From contig JASCQW010000132.1 of NCBI GenBank assembly GCA_030264375.1, forward strand, positions 122,422,472 to 122,486,471: a DNA stretch of 64,000 nt, in the 5' to 3' direction. This document shows positions 50,290 to 63,310 of this stretch, piece after piece; positions within the stretch are counted from its first letter, which is position 1; the number at the start of each line of letters is the position of its first letter. Origin of the DNA: Carcharhinus longimanus (lineage: Eukaryota). A program made the translations under genes and the position numbers. The notes under the pieces are model-generated. The model worked only from the letters and a program-made list of their open reading frames with translations, was not told the origin of the DNA and searched no databases.

Positions 50290-50960
50290 TACTCAGCTAT
50301 AACCGCCTTAATGCCCAATTCTAACAACTTCCCCACGTCAGATGTCAAGCTAACTGGTCTATAGTTTCCAGTTCACTGCCTCCCTCCCTTCTTGAAAAGG
50401 GGTCACATTTGCTATTTTCTAGTCTGATGGAACCTTTCCATAATCTAGCGAACTTTAGAAAATTAACACCCACACATCTATTACCTCATTAGCTACCTCT
50501 TTAAGAACCTAGGTTGGAGTTTCTCAGAACCTGGAGGATCGTCAGCTCCATCATTTACTCAGTATTGCTTGCCTAGTGATTGCAACTTCACAAATTAATC
50601 TCTTCTTTCCGACTCCAGATGTAGAGATAAAACTAGGATGCTTCTTGTAACTTCTCTAATGAACACACAAGCAAAATATTTGCAAATTTAATCCATCATT
50701 TCCTTATCATCTACTATTAACTCACCATTGGTTCCCTAGAGATTGCCAACACTCTCTTAATTTACTCTTTTCCTTTTTAAATGCCTGTAGAATATCTTGC
50801 TGTTTTTACTTTCTAACTTCCTTTTGTACTCTAATTTACTTTTCCTGATTAACCTTTAATTCATTCTCTGCCATTCTTTGTATTCTGAAACATCTGTTTT
50901 ATCATTCACGTTTGAGCAGTTATATGCATTTTCTTTTCATTTGATGTTAACCACAGATAG
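50290..50960 (-). mobile_element. CR1 ORF2 fragment
   Basis: Minus strand KIANVT.FQEG..NYRPVSLTS. Confidence 0.7.
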
Positions 50961-53900
50961 TGGGTCTGCCCTTAAGAGTTTTTCAGATAGGCCACCTGGG
51001 GAAAGGCCATTAAGGCAGACTTCAGGATGATGTGCATTTACGATTGTCCTTCCAGGTGTGAGGGGAAGATAAAAAAGTCTTAGTCTGGAGAAAGGCCATT
51101 AAGGCAGATGTTGGGTTGATTTGTGTTCTAACATTCAGACACAGCTGGGATATTTAAGGATAGCTAGGGCAATACCTAATTGATACAATGTGAAATCACA
51201 CACCGACTGGATTTTATATTTAAGCGTATGTAAGCGGATTGTGACTGGTTTTAATATCTGAATGAAGTAACCTTAATCAATAACTCAGAGTGGATAGGTA
51301 TATGCTAATTATTTGTAATAGTATTTGAAACTATAACTGCTTGCGTTTTCCTGAATTCAGGACTCTGGCTATTACAGACCGCGTCCTGTGACTTTCCAGG
51401 GACCTTGCTATATAGCTTGATTTAAACAGCTGTTTACGAGAATTCCATGACTTGATCTGGTTACTTGAAGGGTAAAGTTGTGATTAAAAGGCTGACATCA
51501 TAGCCCGCAACAATGATCTAATGACAATAAAATTTTACATTGACTCTCATTAAATAGGAGCTGGATCCATATTGAGATGAGGAAAAAGTAACTAAATGTT
51601 ATCAATAGGATGTTTATACAATACCAATGCAAAACTAGCAGTTGTAGGTACTTCTGGCGAAAATAATTTCTATTGTAAAAATTTCACTTGTGTGTTTGAA
51701 AATATCCTTGGTCAGAATTCCAAGGCTGTTCATGCCTACCACCACTCCAAGCGAGGACAGAGAATTTGGTGCTCAGCCAAAACTCCATGCACTGCAGTGG
51801 ACCAGAGAATCCTGTTGGTGTGGACAGCTAGAGAATTCTGGCCATTAATGATTAAAATACATTATGTAAGCAATTTCAAAAAGGTAATTGAGTCATACAA
51901 TGGAATCCATTACCAACTTCAGTAACATAATTCACAAGTTATTGCTATGTTCATGGGCAAATGTTTGTTCGTCCACCCATCATATACCTATACGTCGTAT
52001 TGTGTGCCCACATTTCCTGTTGTCACAAATGGTAAAACCACGATGAGGCAAACTTGGATGATAACAAATTCCAGTTATGTCAAAGTTATCAATCATTCCC
52101 ACCTGCAGAATAGCATATTCAACAGGATGATGTCAGTGATAAGCTAACATTCCACAGTAGCAGCTTCAATTATTCTCATTTTATGACTGAGCTGACCAGA
52201 ACAGAACTGGACCACACATGGAGAAATCATGGAGTGCTGGACAAGCCATCATTTGACAAAGATCGAACTGTGAAAGGATGTAAAAAAAAAACTGAGTATG
52301 GCTAAACCTATGAGAAAGTTAAAAATGTTAATCAGGGAGAAGGTGAAGTTGATACAGCAAATGAAAAAATGATCTTGGATGTTTGACTAATAGGCATCTT
52401 CTGTAGCAAAGAAAAGCTACCTATTGTCGAAGAAGCTCTGCTAATGTGTTCAAGGCAGCCTGAGCAAAGTGCATTCCCATCTCTGGTGTAATTCTGCAGG
52501 GAAGGGGTTTCATTATGGCAAAAAAGCTGGAGTTCACTTCAGTGATGGATAGTTGGACTGATTCATGACAAGTCACAATCGTTGTCATTTTCTGCCACTT
52601 GGTTCTTTGAGATTTAAAGGTGAAACACATAATGGTGGAAAATAGAGCAAGGAACACATCACTGCTATTGTCTGCACGAATATGAATGGCATTGAAAGCT
52701 TGTTGTAAGAGGAAAGCCTAAGAAACCAAACAACCGAATGACAAGACACATTTCATTCAGGTGATTTGGAAATTGCAGCAGAAACAAAGGTAAAAATTTA
52801 CACAGAAGTGGTTAATGCTGTTCAATGCACAACTGAACTGACAGATGACACTATCATAAACGCAGTGCAGGATCTCAATTACCCTGAAGAGACCCATGAA
52901 TGCCCGCCCACCTGTTTCCATAGCAGATGATGGCAAAGGCTGTGGAGATGCTCTGGGATTCTGCACTGCAGCATGAAAACACTGAAAACATTAATTGACT
53001 GCATTATCATCATGGACGTCTGAGAACACTACATTAAGCAACACAAGATTATGGAATTTTTCTGAAGCTAATCCCAAGGGCATGCTATTGTAAGGTGTAA
53101 ACAAATTGAATAAAGGATTTTTACATGCATCTATCACTTCACTGTGTTTTAATTTTGCATTTGAATCTGTTGTTTTAGACATAGGAATTGGGGTTTTCTC
53201 TGCTATTACAAACTTTCACTTAACATTAACTTGGAGATGGATCCTCAGGGTTTGAATCATTGAGATTTTACTGTAGTTACAACTCTGGTCAACAGGTGGT
53301 TCTATGCCGCAAGTATCTTCTAGAACTATTGCCACTCTGCATGTATTCTTAATATATGTTGCCTTTGGGTAATTTTACAGGTGATTTGTAAGTACTACAA
53401 AAGAGCTTACATTTCAGTTCTCAAACAATATAGAAACTAGGGAACACGCAATGGCAGATCTAGGGTGTCTGCAGTCTTTTAATTGACCTATGTATCTAGT
53501 GTTTATTGAACAACAATTAACTCTGTGGTCTCTGTAAAGCACGAAAGTTCTGGGGGATTTTACTAGTAATATAACAAAAGTAGGATAGTGTTTAGCTTCC
53601 AGTCTGTTAGATCACGTTTCTTAGTCAAATATCATGCAGCTGATAGCTACTTTTTTTAAAAAAGGGGCACTAATTTGAAAAGCAAAAACTCTTCTGGAAA
53701 TTTGTCTTATTTAAATAAACCTCTAGTCTCATATTGACTGCACTTTCAACTTCAGCAATAAAGCTTTGGGGGTTAACAAGCACAGCCACTTAATCTTAAG
53801 TTCTGATCAGCAGTATGAAAAATTACCTTATCCAGGACACTTTCCTAACAAAATAACCAGTCATCTTCAATTCTCTATTTGATGATTAGGCTTGGCAGTG

Positions 53901-56447
53901 TTAAAGGGATACAATTCCACATTACCACGAGAAAATTGAAACTATATAATGGTCCCTATTGAGATAGAACAGTTGAATATTTCATTGACTCAATGGGTGA
54001 AATTTTCTCAAAAAAAATTCTAAAGTGTCAAATGGGCAAGATAATGATAGGTTTTCTTGGCATTTTTTTCAGCGAAGTAATGGAAATTTACAATACAGAG
54101 GCCATAATGCGAATCTCACCAATGGTTGAGGGGGCTGGTGGTGGTAAAGCCTCAGCTCACCTATGAAGCTGGCTGCTGAGCTTTAGGGGCATTATTGCGC
54201 AGGCACCCTGGTCTGCCAAAGCGCCCTCCCGCCACCACAATCGCTGCCCCGGACTAGTCCCTCTCCACACCCCCCTCAATTGATGATTTCCGTAATAAAA
54301 CCACAAGAGCTGAGAAAGCGGGTGCAAACTTGAATTTTTGACTTTCATGCTGATCAACCAATTATGGTGAGCCTGTAAGATCGCACCCAATCCCTTGGGA
54401 CATCCATTCCCACACTTTTGACAGATATGCTTATAGCATCCACCTGAAGTTACATGCCCAGAATGATACTACATCAAACCCAACACTCAACAACAGTAAA
54501 TGAATAATTAATAACCTAAATAGATTAGTAACCTACCACCTGATTCCACTGGAAAGAACAGTTGCAAGTGTTGCTAACTTTACCTGAGCCAGATTTTGAA
54601 GGAAAATTACTAACCACCGCAACTACGGAAGTGGTCAGTTGGCAGATATACTAGAGGTTGGTTGAATCTGGGAAATTTGAGTGAAGCATCAGCCAGCTTT
54701 CACAGCAAGAGGCAAAAAAACAGGTATATCAGTTTTGCATTTAAGACCAATTGTTTGCTTCTGTCTTTCATTGTAATTATGTATTGTGACTCAAGACAAA
54801 AAACATTTTTTGGGATTTTTCTGTTATCACTGCATGGTACAACTGTGAAATGTTTCCAACTTGTGGCCACTTAACTGATCAGGAATATGTGCAACAAACC
54901 AACATATCGTGAAAACACAGGAACAAAAACCATTTTAGACAGAATCAGCAAACTGTATTTGTTGGTTAAGAATCTACATAATTTAGCAAGACCAAGAAGT
55001 TGGACTGAAACATTTACACAGGTCTAATATATTGTCAAATTCTATCTTATTTTCAACCAAAATAAAAATAAGGAAAGCACTACTCTGCCCAGAACAGAAA
55101 TCCCGACAGCAAGTAATTTAGGCGAGAGAGGTTAAATTTGAGAGCTTTTTAAAAAATATCATTCACAAGAAACATGATCGACAAAGCTATCTAACCATTT
55201 AATTAAATACCTCTTTAAATAAAACCCATTTAGAAACTTCTGATATGTCTTTGGGGTTGTTCAAAGCATGGGGAGAAAAACATCAATACAAATAAAAGCT
55301 TGAAGAGCTGAAGAAGAAACTTCAGATTAACACTTCACGTGAACTAAAATCACAGGATATATATCCATGCTAATAATCTAGATTCAATCCAGGCATTTCA
55401 TGGCCCTGGTGCTTTAGTAGACACCATTTTAAAGTGTTATCAAAATACAGACTTGTAATAAAATAAATGTGAAAATGTTGAAGTGTTTTAGAATGCAAAT
55501 AACATGTGGGCTGGCCAAAATTAGGTTTAGCAATAAATTCCACTCTCATAATTCAGAGAACTAAACAGATCAACCATTCCTCAATTCACACCACTAGCCA
55601 CAGAGCAAACATTTCTTTTGTTTTAAAAGGAATTTAGTTTCTTTCTACACAATCATTGAGACAACTGGATCTTTTTATGTCTGTATTCAAGATGAAAGTT
55701 TTGCTTTCTGAGGAAAGGAGCTTGGAGGGAAGTTAAATCACATAAAACACTTAAAAAAAACACTACTATAAAAAATACTCTTTCGCAGGAAATTAGCAAT
55801 TAATGTTAGGACAGAAAGGTCTTCTTTAAAGTTACATTTTTGTGCACTCCTCTAAAACTGAAAGTGTCCCTTCACATTGTTCATTTTTCCTTTGAGGCAA
55901 ATGATGCAGTCTTGGCAAAACTTCACAAAGTATAGAATGCAAGGAATGACCTTGTACAGACTCTGATAACACTAGCACACTAAATGATCCTAGCGCCCAC
56001 CAGATAATTGCTGCCTCCTCTTGTAACAATGAGCTCGAGATGTCACATAGATTTTGGAATTTGCAGTCTGTCTCCCTGGTTGGCAGCATCTGGTCACATG
56101 ACTGAGTGCTTCTCTTCCACTCTCCAAGACCCCCCACCCCAGCAACCCCCACCGTCCCAGCACAGGGACATGCGCATTGTAGTCACTGACAAGTGTACAA
56201 TCTTTTGAAATGTTGTATTATCCTTTGCCTTGGGCTTTCCTTGGAAAGTGCGATTAAGGTTTACAAAGAGATAAGGTAGTGCTGATAGCAGCAAACAGTG
56301 AACAATACGTCCTGTGTAGTGCATCACTGTAAATGTCTTATAAACTGTACAAAAAAAAAAATCAAATCTTTATAAAACAAAAAAGAATAATTCAGGTGCT
56401 TTGGATTTTTTTTCCATTTCTGAAGTCCCAGGAGGTGGATTTTTTTT

Positions 56448-56671
56448 TCAGACTTGACATGGTGAGCCTGTTGTAGTGGTACTGCCAGTCTCCTGGGCAC
56501 TAGGTGTAGTCACATTATCCTGCTGTTCAGTCTCAACCGATGGGCTAGGAGTGTATGGAGGGGGAGCATCACTCAAGCTGCAAGCATCATACCCTTCTGG
56601 TATAGAGAGGGCACAAGCTTCTTCAATACTTCCAGCTGCATATTCTGTATATGGTGGAGGTTTTAAATCAT
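56448..56671 (-). CDS. Last coding exon of a PPxY-motif single-pass membrane protein (VOPP1/TMEM92/WBP1-like)
   Basis: Acceptor TTTGTTTGCCTCTACAG|, phase 1; (D)DLKPPPYTEY...DAPPPYTPSP...SPCQV then TGA at 56450-56448. Confidence 0.88.
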
Positions 56672-57119
56672 CTGTAGAGGCAAACAAAAAGAAGTTTTCA
56701 GCATTAAAATCGTTATAGCACAAGATCCAGAAATTGGTCTCTCGTTATTTTTTAAAAGGATGGCAGTGTGATAAGGATGGAAAGTACAGGGGATTTTTCG
56801 TTAAATTTCCAGTACCTATATATAATTTATATATATATGTGGGTAGGTGTGTGTGCGTGAGAGAGAGAGAGAGAGAGAGCAAGCGAGCGAGACAGTGTAT
56901 CTGACCACATGAATTTAAACTCAAAATCCACTCTGATGTTTAGGAAATGTAGGCACAGCTTTCAGCAAGTTTCTTGCTTGCAGATCATCAGTTAAATATT
57001 GCTGTAACATTCTCAGTCCACTGAGCAGAAATGAAATTGCTTCTCCAATTGCATGCCTGTCTGATGATATATTTTGTTTCCTTTGAACTGCTGAACAAAA
57101 TATGTTAGATTTCAATGCA

Positions 57120-57300
57120 AAGTAAAGCTGCCATAGTCCCAGATGACCATAGGCTGCAACTGGTTGTGATTTAACCTGAGGGTCACCACATCTCAGGCAA
57201 GCCTTCGTGAATAAACTCAGCCGGTATAGGAACTGAACCTGCACTGATGGCATCGCTCTGCATCAGCAACCAGCTGTCCAATCAACTGAGCTAAACTGAC
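57120..57300 (-). mobile_element. tRNA-derived SINE (family D)
   Basis: Minus-strand head TTAGCTCAGTTG (A box) and GGTTCAGTTCC (B box); ends ..GGGACTATGGCAGCTTTACTT. Confidence 0.6.
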
Positions 57301-57905
57301 TCTGTGCACTATTATTGTCAGACGATGCATCAGTTAAATACTTGAGGTTACTTAACATGAATCATCATGTTAAGGAAGTACTGGAGTGGCCAGGCATGGA
57401 GAAACATACTACTGAAGAGTTGCCAAGGTGCCAATAAAATTAACATTTAAAATGAACTTGAAAGTCAATTTATTTTTATTTTTCAAATATAAATTGAGCC
57501 AACAAGTATCATTTCCAGACTCTGCTTCATCCATATCACTTGCCTGAAAACACTCAGGTTAACACTGTCCAGCTAACATAATAATCCCTTACATACAGCA
57601 AGTTAATTAATACGAGCAACAAGAATACTGGCTCCTCTGTATGGATGACAGATTAAATCTCAAAAGAAACGGACTCTGCTGTGGGAGAGCTTAGGAAGTA
57701 AAGTATGTGGTGACACAAAGACAGTGAGACTTTAAAAAAGCGTTGGCTGCTTTGGTAACTAAGCATGCCACAAAACTTCACATCTTGACAGCAGCTTTAC
57801 CCATTAAAGACAGATATCATTTGTTGAAAGAAAGCAAAACATTTAGTGAAAGAAATGAGATATTTGCATGAACTGAAGTTCCAAAAGTAGGAATTGATAT
57901 TGCAC

Positions 57906-58044
57906 CTGTTTGACCTCTTGACACTGCTTCATACGGAGGTGGTACCTCTAGTTGGCTGTAAGAAGGAGCAGGAGGTAGGGACCCAGAAGGTTCTCCGATG
58001 GAGCTGTCATCTTGACCACCATACCAACTATACCACATAGGATT
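57906..58044 (-). CDS. Internal exon of the PPxY membrane protein
   Basis: Acceptor TTCCTTTTATTGCAG|, phase 0; NPMWYSWYGG...LPPAPSYSQLEVPPPYEAVSRGQT; phase-1 donor G|GTGCAA (alternative G|GTCAAA with the exon ending at 57915). Confidence 0.85.
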
Positions 58045-58404
58045 CTGCAATAAAAGGAAATACTAATACCTTTCACTAAATTTCAATTTTCACCAGGAAG
58101 TTTTCAAATGGTTTTAAATACATTTAATTTATTCAACAAAAATGGAAATGTGCAAATACAGTAACAAATATAAAAACCCATACCTTTCACTACATTAAAA
58201 TCTTCAACTTCAATTTGGAATGATGGGAAATACAGTACTCATGAGACTACTATCTTTCAAACATTCAGATTTAGCTTTAACCTTTCACTGCTAAATTTCC
58301 AATATGAAATTTTTGAACATATTCAAATCACATCTTGGAATGCTATTAAAGTAGACTAATTGCTCTCCAGGTTGTGTTTTCCTAGCAACACGCAATACCA
58401 AGAA

Positions 58405-59262
58405 TGTAACAAAACCAACACGTTAGAAGCCACGGCCATTTCAAAAAGCATTTCACAGGATGAGTATCCAATAAGAGATTTGCAGGTTTAGACAGACGAG
58501 AAGAATACATGATACTAATAGGAATCATCTTAGTTAGACAATTGTTTCATCAAGGGGAGGCACACATATGTCTTTTTTAGAGCCACTGAAGCAGACCAGA
58601 AGACTACATCATCCTGTTATAGGAAACACCTTAGTGAAACGACTGAACCATCAAGGTGAGGCATTGATGTGCTAATTTGTGAGAGCCACAGAAGCCGAGG
58701 GGACAGACAGCAAATATACAGAGAGAACAATCAAAGGGAAAAATAGTATAATTGCCAACAGTCGGGGAAGCAGTGGAGGCAGATTCCACCTAGCAGCCAG
58801 TTCCAACGAACAGACAAAGGCAAAAATGCGGAAACCTTTGTGGAGGCCGTTAAAATTATATCTTTGCTGAGCCAAGGAGAGATGTTTCCCAGAATAACTC
58901 CTCAATTGTGTACAGTGTGGTAACTATAAGCTAGCCTTTACTTAGGGATTTATTGAACTGGAGGCTATTTGGGAAGAGGAAAGACATGAAAGAGTTCAGA
59001 TCTCAAATATACTTTAGATTAAAAGGGGTAATTTCCACATAAACTGCATGTGTGTTGAGTAGTTCCTATATGTAACTGTCTTAGATCATTATAGTCCTGT
59101 TTGTGAATAAGTGTTTTTTCTCAGTTGTAATAAGTAGTCTTTAATAAGTGTTATACTATGACTGGGCTCGTTACCTTCTCACTGGGCCTTGGACCTGACT
59201 TCTCACAACTGGTGTTCCACATTGTGACACCCTTGCAGACAACATCAGTCGGGTTCATGACA
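58405..59262 (+). mobile_element. LTR-like element in an intron
   Basis: TGTAAC...ATGACA termini, AATAA motifs in the 3' part; no clear TSD. Confidence 0.45.
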
Positions 59263-59344
59263 CTGGTTGCAGAGCTCAGACGAAATAATGCTGTAGACAC
59301 ATTATTTATTACAACTGATGAGGTGTTCTGGCATCAGATCAAAC

Positions 59345-60050
59345 ATGAATAAGGAAATTTCATGTGATCACCATCTACCAGCCTCCCTCAGCTGATGACT
59401 GCTCCACATTGAACACCACTTTGAAGAAGTATTGAGGATGGATAGGTCACAGAATGTACTCTGAATGGGAACTTAATGTCCAACAACAAGATGGCTCAAT
59501 AACACCATGACTGACTGAGCTAGCCAAGTCCTGAAGAGCATTCCTGCCAGACTGGTTCTGTAGTTGGTACTAAAGCAACCAACGAACAAGGAGGAAAAAC
59601 CTACAAGACCTTGTCCTCATGAACCTAGCTGCTGCAGATCCATTCATCCATGAAAGTACTGATAGGAGTGACCACCATATAGTTGTGGAGACAAAGTCCT
59701 GTCTTCACACTGAGGATGGTGGAGACGATGGCATAGTGGTATTGTCACTGGACTAGTAATCCAGTGGCCCAGATTAATGCTCTAGAGCTTGGGTTCATAT
59801 CTCACCATGATAGCTGGTGGAATTTAACACAGTCGTGTTTTTTTTAATTTAAAAACCTCTACTGTGTTGTGTGGCACTACCACAGTGCTAAACGGGACAA
59901 ATTAAAAGGTCTAGTAACACAAACTGAGCATCCATGAGGTTGATCATCAGCAACAGCACAATTGTACTTAAACACAACTTGTAACCACATCGCAGGTCTC
60001 TCATTCTACCATTACTATTAAACCAAAGGATCAGCCCTAGTTCAAGGAGG
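59345..60050 (+). mobile_element. Second LINE family endonuclease fragment
   Basis: ICHLPASL../WDLMSNN (GDFN region, degenerate), DLVLMN, RSDHHIV (SDH motif). Confidence 0.55.
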
Positions 60051-60249
60051 CGGGGACAGATTTAAGATAATTGTCACAAGGGCCAGTGAGGAAATGAGAA
60101 ATTGTTTCAAAATTTTGCACAGTGAATTGGCATGATCTGAAAGAATAGTGGAAGCAAAAAATTATTAGTAACTTTCAAACGGGAATTAGATAAACTGTCA
60201 AAAAGAAAGAACATTACGATGATGGGGAAAGAGTGAGGAATTAGGACCA

Positions 60250-60775
60250 ATTGCGGGAGGGCGGGTGACAGCACCAGAAAGAGAAAGGGGCGCCAGAGAG
60301 AAATGTAGAGAGAGGGAGAGAAAGGAGGTGCAGCGGTGCAAGAGGGAGAGAAAGCGGGCACAGGGGAGCGAGATGGAGACAGAAAAGGTGGTATGCATGC
60401 GGGCGCGAGACAGTGAGAGAGAGAGAAAGGCAGTACCGCAAGACAGTGAGAGAGAGAGAAAGGCAGTACACGAGACGGTGAGAGAGAGAGAAAGGCAGTA
60501 CGCGAGACGGTGAGAGAGAGAGGAGAGAGAAAGGGGGCGTGTGAGAGAGAGAGACGTAGACAGAGAGAGGGGGGTGCGCCATAGAGAAATGGAGAGAGAG
60601 GGAGCGCAGTGGTGCAAGAGGGAGAGAAAAGGGGCATGGGGGAGCGAGATGGAGAGAGAAAGGGGTACACACGTGCGCACGAGGGAGGGGAATAAGAAAG
60701 GCGGTATATGAGAGGGTGTGAGAGAGGAAGAGTGAGAGAAAAGGGGCATGTGGGACAGAGAGAGACACACACATG

Positions 60776-60836
<61 letters not shown>

Positions 60837-61190
60837 TGAGACAGAGAGAGAGGGAGTGAAAGGGGGTGCAGCAGTGCAAGAGGGAGAGAAAGCGGGCATG
60901 GGGGAGNNNNNNNNNNNNNNNNNNNNNNNNNNNNNNNNNNNNNNNNNNNNNNNNNNNNNNNNNNNNNNNNNNNNNNNNNNNNNNNNNNNNNNNNNNNNNN
61001 NNNNNNNNNNNNNNNNNNNNNNNNNNNNNNNNNNNNNNNNNNNNNNNNNNNNNNNNNNNNNNNNNNNNNNNNNNNNNNNNNNNNNNNNNNNNNNNNNNNN
61101 NNNNNNNNNNNNNNNNNNNNNNNNNNNNNNNNNAGAACGAGTACCAGAGCGAGACAGAGAGCAAGAAAGCGAGAGCACAAGAACGTGAGA
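60250..61190. repeat. GA-rich compound microsatellite/minisatellite containing a gap
   Basis: (GA)n run at about 60784-60833; recurring units GTGCAAGAGGGAGAGAAAGCGGGCA and GTGAGAGAGAGAGAAAGGCAGTAC. Confidence 0.9.
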
Positions 61191-62568
61191 GCTGTCAGGC
61201 CTCTGTTGCTGGAGGCAGCCTCAATGCAGCCACGCTCCCCCCCGCCAAACCAACATCATTCGAAAATGTAGCCCCCACTGCCTAGACCAATTGCGCCACC
61301 CAGTATAATCGGGCCCCTCTCCCTCCCCCCTCAACACATGCAGAGCAGCAGCAGCCCCCACCCCCACCTCTCCCAATCAGGCCACCCAGGCCTGGCCCTG
61401 CCCTCTTCAGGCCCTTCCTCTATGCCCACTTCAGGCCCTAGCCTCTGGCTGTCTCTGGTGGGCATTGCCAAGGTGCCAGGCTGGCACTGCCCAAGGAGCA
61501 CCCGAGCTTGCCCTCAGCCTCCCTGGGGGGGACCTCAATGGCCTCTGGGTCTACCGACAAAGGCAATATGACTATTCCTAGTTCATGGGGAGCAGGTGTT
61601 TTCCTCGCCAGAGGAAAGTTCTCTCAGCGAGGTCATAAAAGCAAGTGAGCTCAGATGATTGAGCGCTAGGCTTGATAAACAAATGTAAATAAGTATTTAA
61701 ATAAATTCAAATAATTTATTCAGTCTCTCTCTGGAAACAGGCAAGAGGCTGAACATGCCAGAAATCCAGATCTAGTAAGATTGTGAGCGGCGAGAAATTA
61801 GATATGATCTTAAATGTCTTGGCTCTGACATGATTTTACCAGCTCACTCCACAAATCAATGGGCGGGGCATGCCAGTAAAATTATGGACACAGACTTTGT
61901 GCCAATAAGTTGGCAAGGGATGGAAACTATGGTCAGGAAACTGATTACAGAAGCATGATACTAGTTAAGGTTCATAAGAAAATCAACAATGATTTTTTTT
62001 TAAATCAGCAACACATACTGAGAAGTCAACCACTAAAGCAAACCTGAAACCACAGCCAATTACTTTAACATGCACATGACAACATGTATTCCAACTCAAT
62101 AATAGCAAATGCTTTTTTAAAATTATTAAATATTCTAAAGATTAGTAGAAATTAATGAAACAAATTTCACAAAAGACACACAAACTGGTACATTTTTATT
62201 ATTCAATTCTAAAAGCTAAACGAAGACTCATATGATCATTGACTTAAAACTGGTAGGATCTATTTTGATTTCAGCAGTATTGCCAAAAATTAACCTTATG
62301 CAACATCGGCATAGAAGATTGAAGTTGTCAATCCCAGTGAAGCATTGGGGGCAATAAGGAACAAGGAAGCAGCAAGACTGTATTGGCCTTCCTTCAGCCC
62401 TCTTCCCTCCCACCTTCATCATCCATTCTGAATATTGTAGTTAAACTTAATTTAAATGCTTCTGCAGTTACATCCTTGCCTTAAGGTTAGGCTGCAAGAA
62501 TTTGCATTTTGTTCAAATTACATGCAACTCTTAGCTTTACAAGGAAGCAGAAAATCATGGTCACTTAC

Positions 62569-62728
62569 ATTTTGCCGTTCACAGAGTTGATGTAGGTAGG
62601 CTCTGCCCCCAACAATCACTATCTGGGCATTCCGTGGATTGCTCAGGTAAGCATCCAGTTGTCGCTGCCTTGAGCGATACCAGCAGATGTAGAAGAAGAT
62701 TTTGACAATAATAAATATAATCACTATT
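62569..62728 (-). CDS. TM/juxtamembrane exon of the PPxY membrane protein (5' exons lie beyond the window or were not found)
   Basis: Acceptor CTTTCACTCCCAACAG|, donor AAT|GTAAGT phase 0; IVIIFIIVKIFFYICWYRSRQRQ (TM end + basic stop-transfer). Confidence 0.85.
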
Positions 62729-62967
62729 CTGTTGGGAGTGAAAGAACATTCATTAGGAAATGACATTTTAGTAGTAAACATGGAACCTCCAGTAAAACAA
62801 TTTGTTTAATCCTTTAAATTGCATAAAACTTCTTGAAACAACAGAAAAGCATTATAAAATGGACTATATTCTATTACATACACCATAAGCTTGAGGAATA
62901 TCTTGTCTATTGCCAGCCTCACAAAGTAATTCAATATTTCATTGATTTATAATTTAATGTCTTAGCT

Positions 62968-63310
62968 GTTACTTAGTGGTAGCACTCTCGCCTCCAGAGT
63001 CAGGAAGTTGTGGATTCAAATCCCATTCTAGGGATCTGAACACAACATCTGGGTTGGTATTTCAATTCAGCACTGAAAAAGAGTGCTACACTGAGGTGTA
63101 AAGCCAAGGCCCTTTCAGGTGGCATAAAGCATTCCACTACTTCATGAAAGTGAAGGGCAATTATTCCTGGCATGCTGGCCGATATTAATCCTTCAGCTAA
63201 CATCACAAAAACACATTATCTGGTTACTACGACATCGCTACTTGTGGGATCTTACTGTGCCCAAATTGAATACAGTGCCTAAATTAAAGGGCAATTCAAA
63301 AATACCTAAA
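62968..63310 (+). mobile_element. SacSINE1/DeuSINE-like SINE
   Basis: GTGGTAGCACTCTCGCCTC..GGATTCAAATCCCA head; Deu-domain-like CTGGCCGATATTAATCCTTCA..TGTGGGATCTTACTGTGC. Confidence 0.7.

Noticed and set aside
50990-51511. Segment with duplicated AAAGGCCATTAAGGCAGA ending ..GCAACA
   Set aside because: Probably a partial LTR, but no 5' end or TSD is identifiable, so it is not called
60107-61285. Long ORFs (307-357 aa)
   Set aside because: Translations of GA/TC simple repeats running through an N gap
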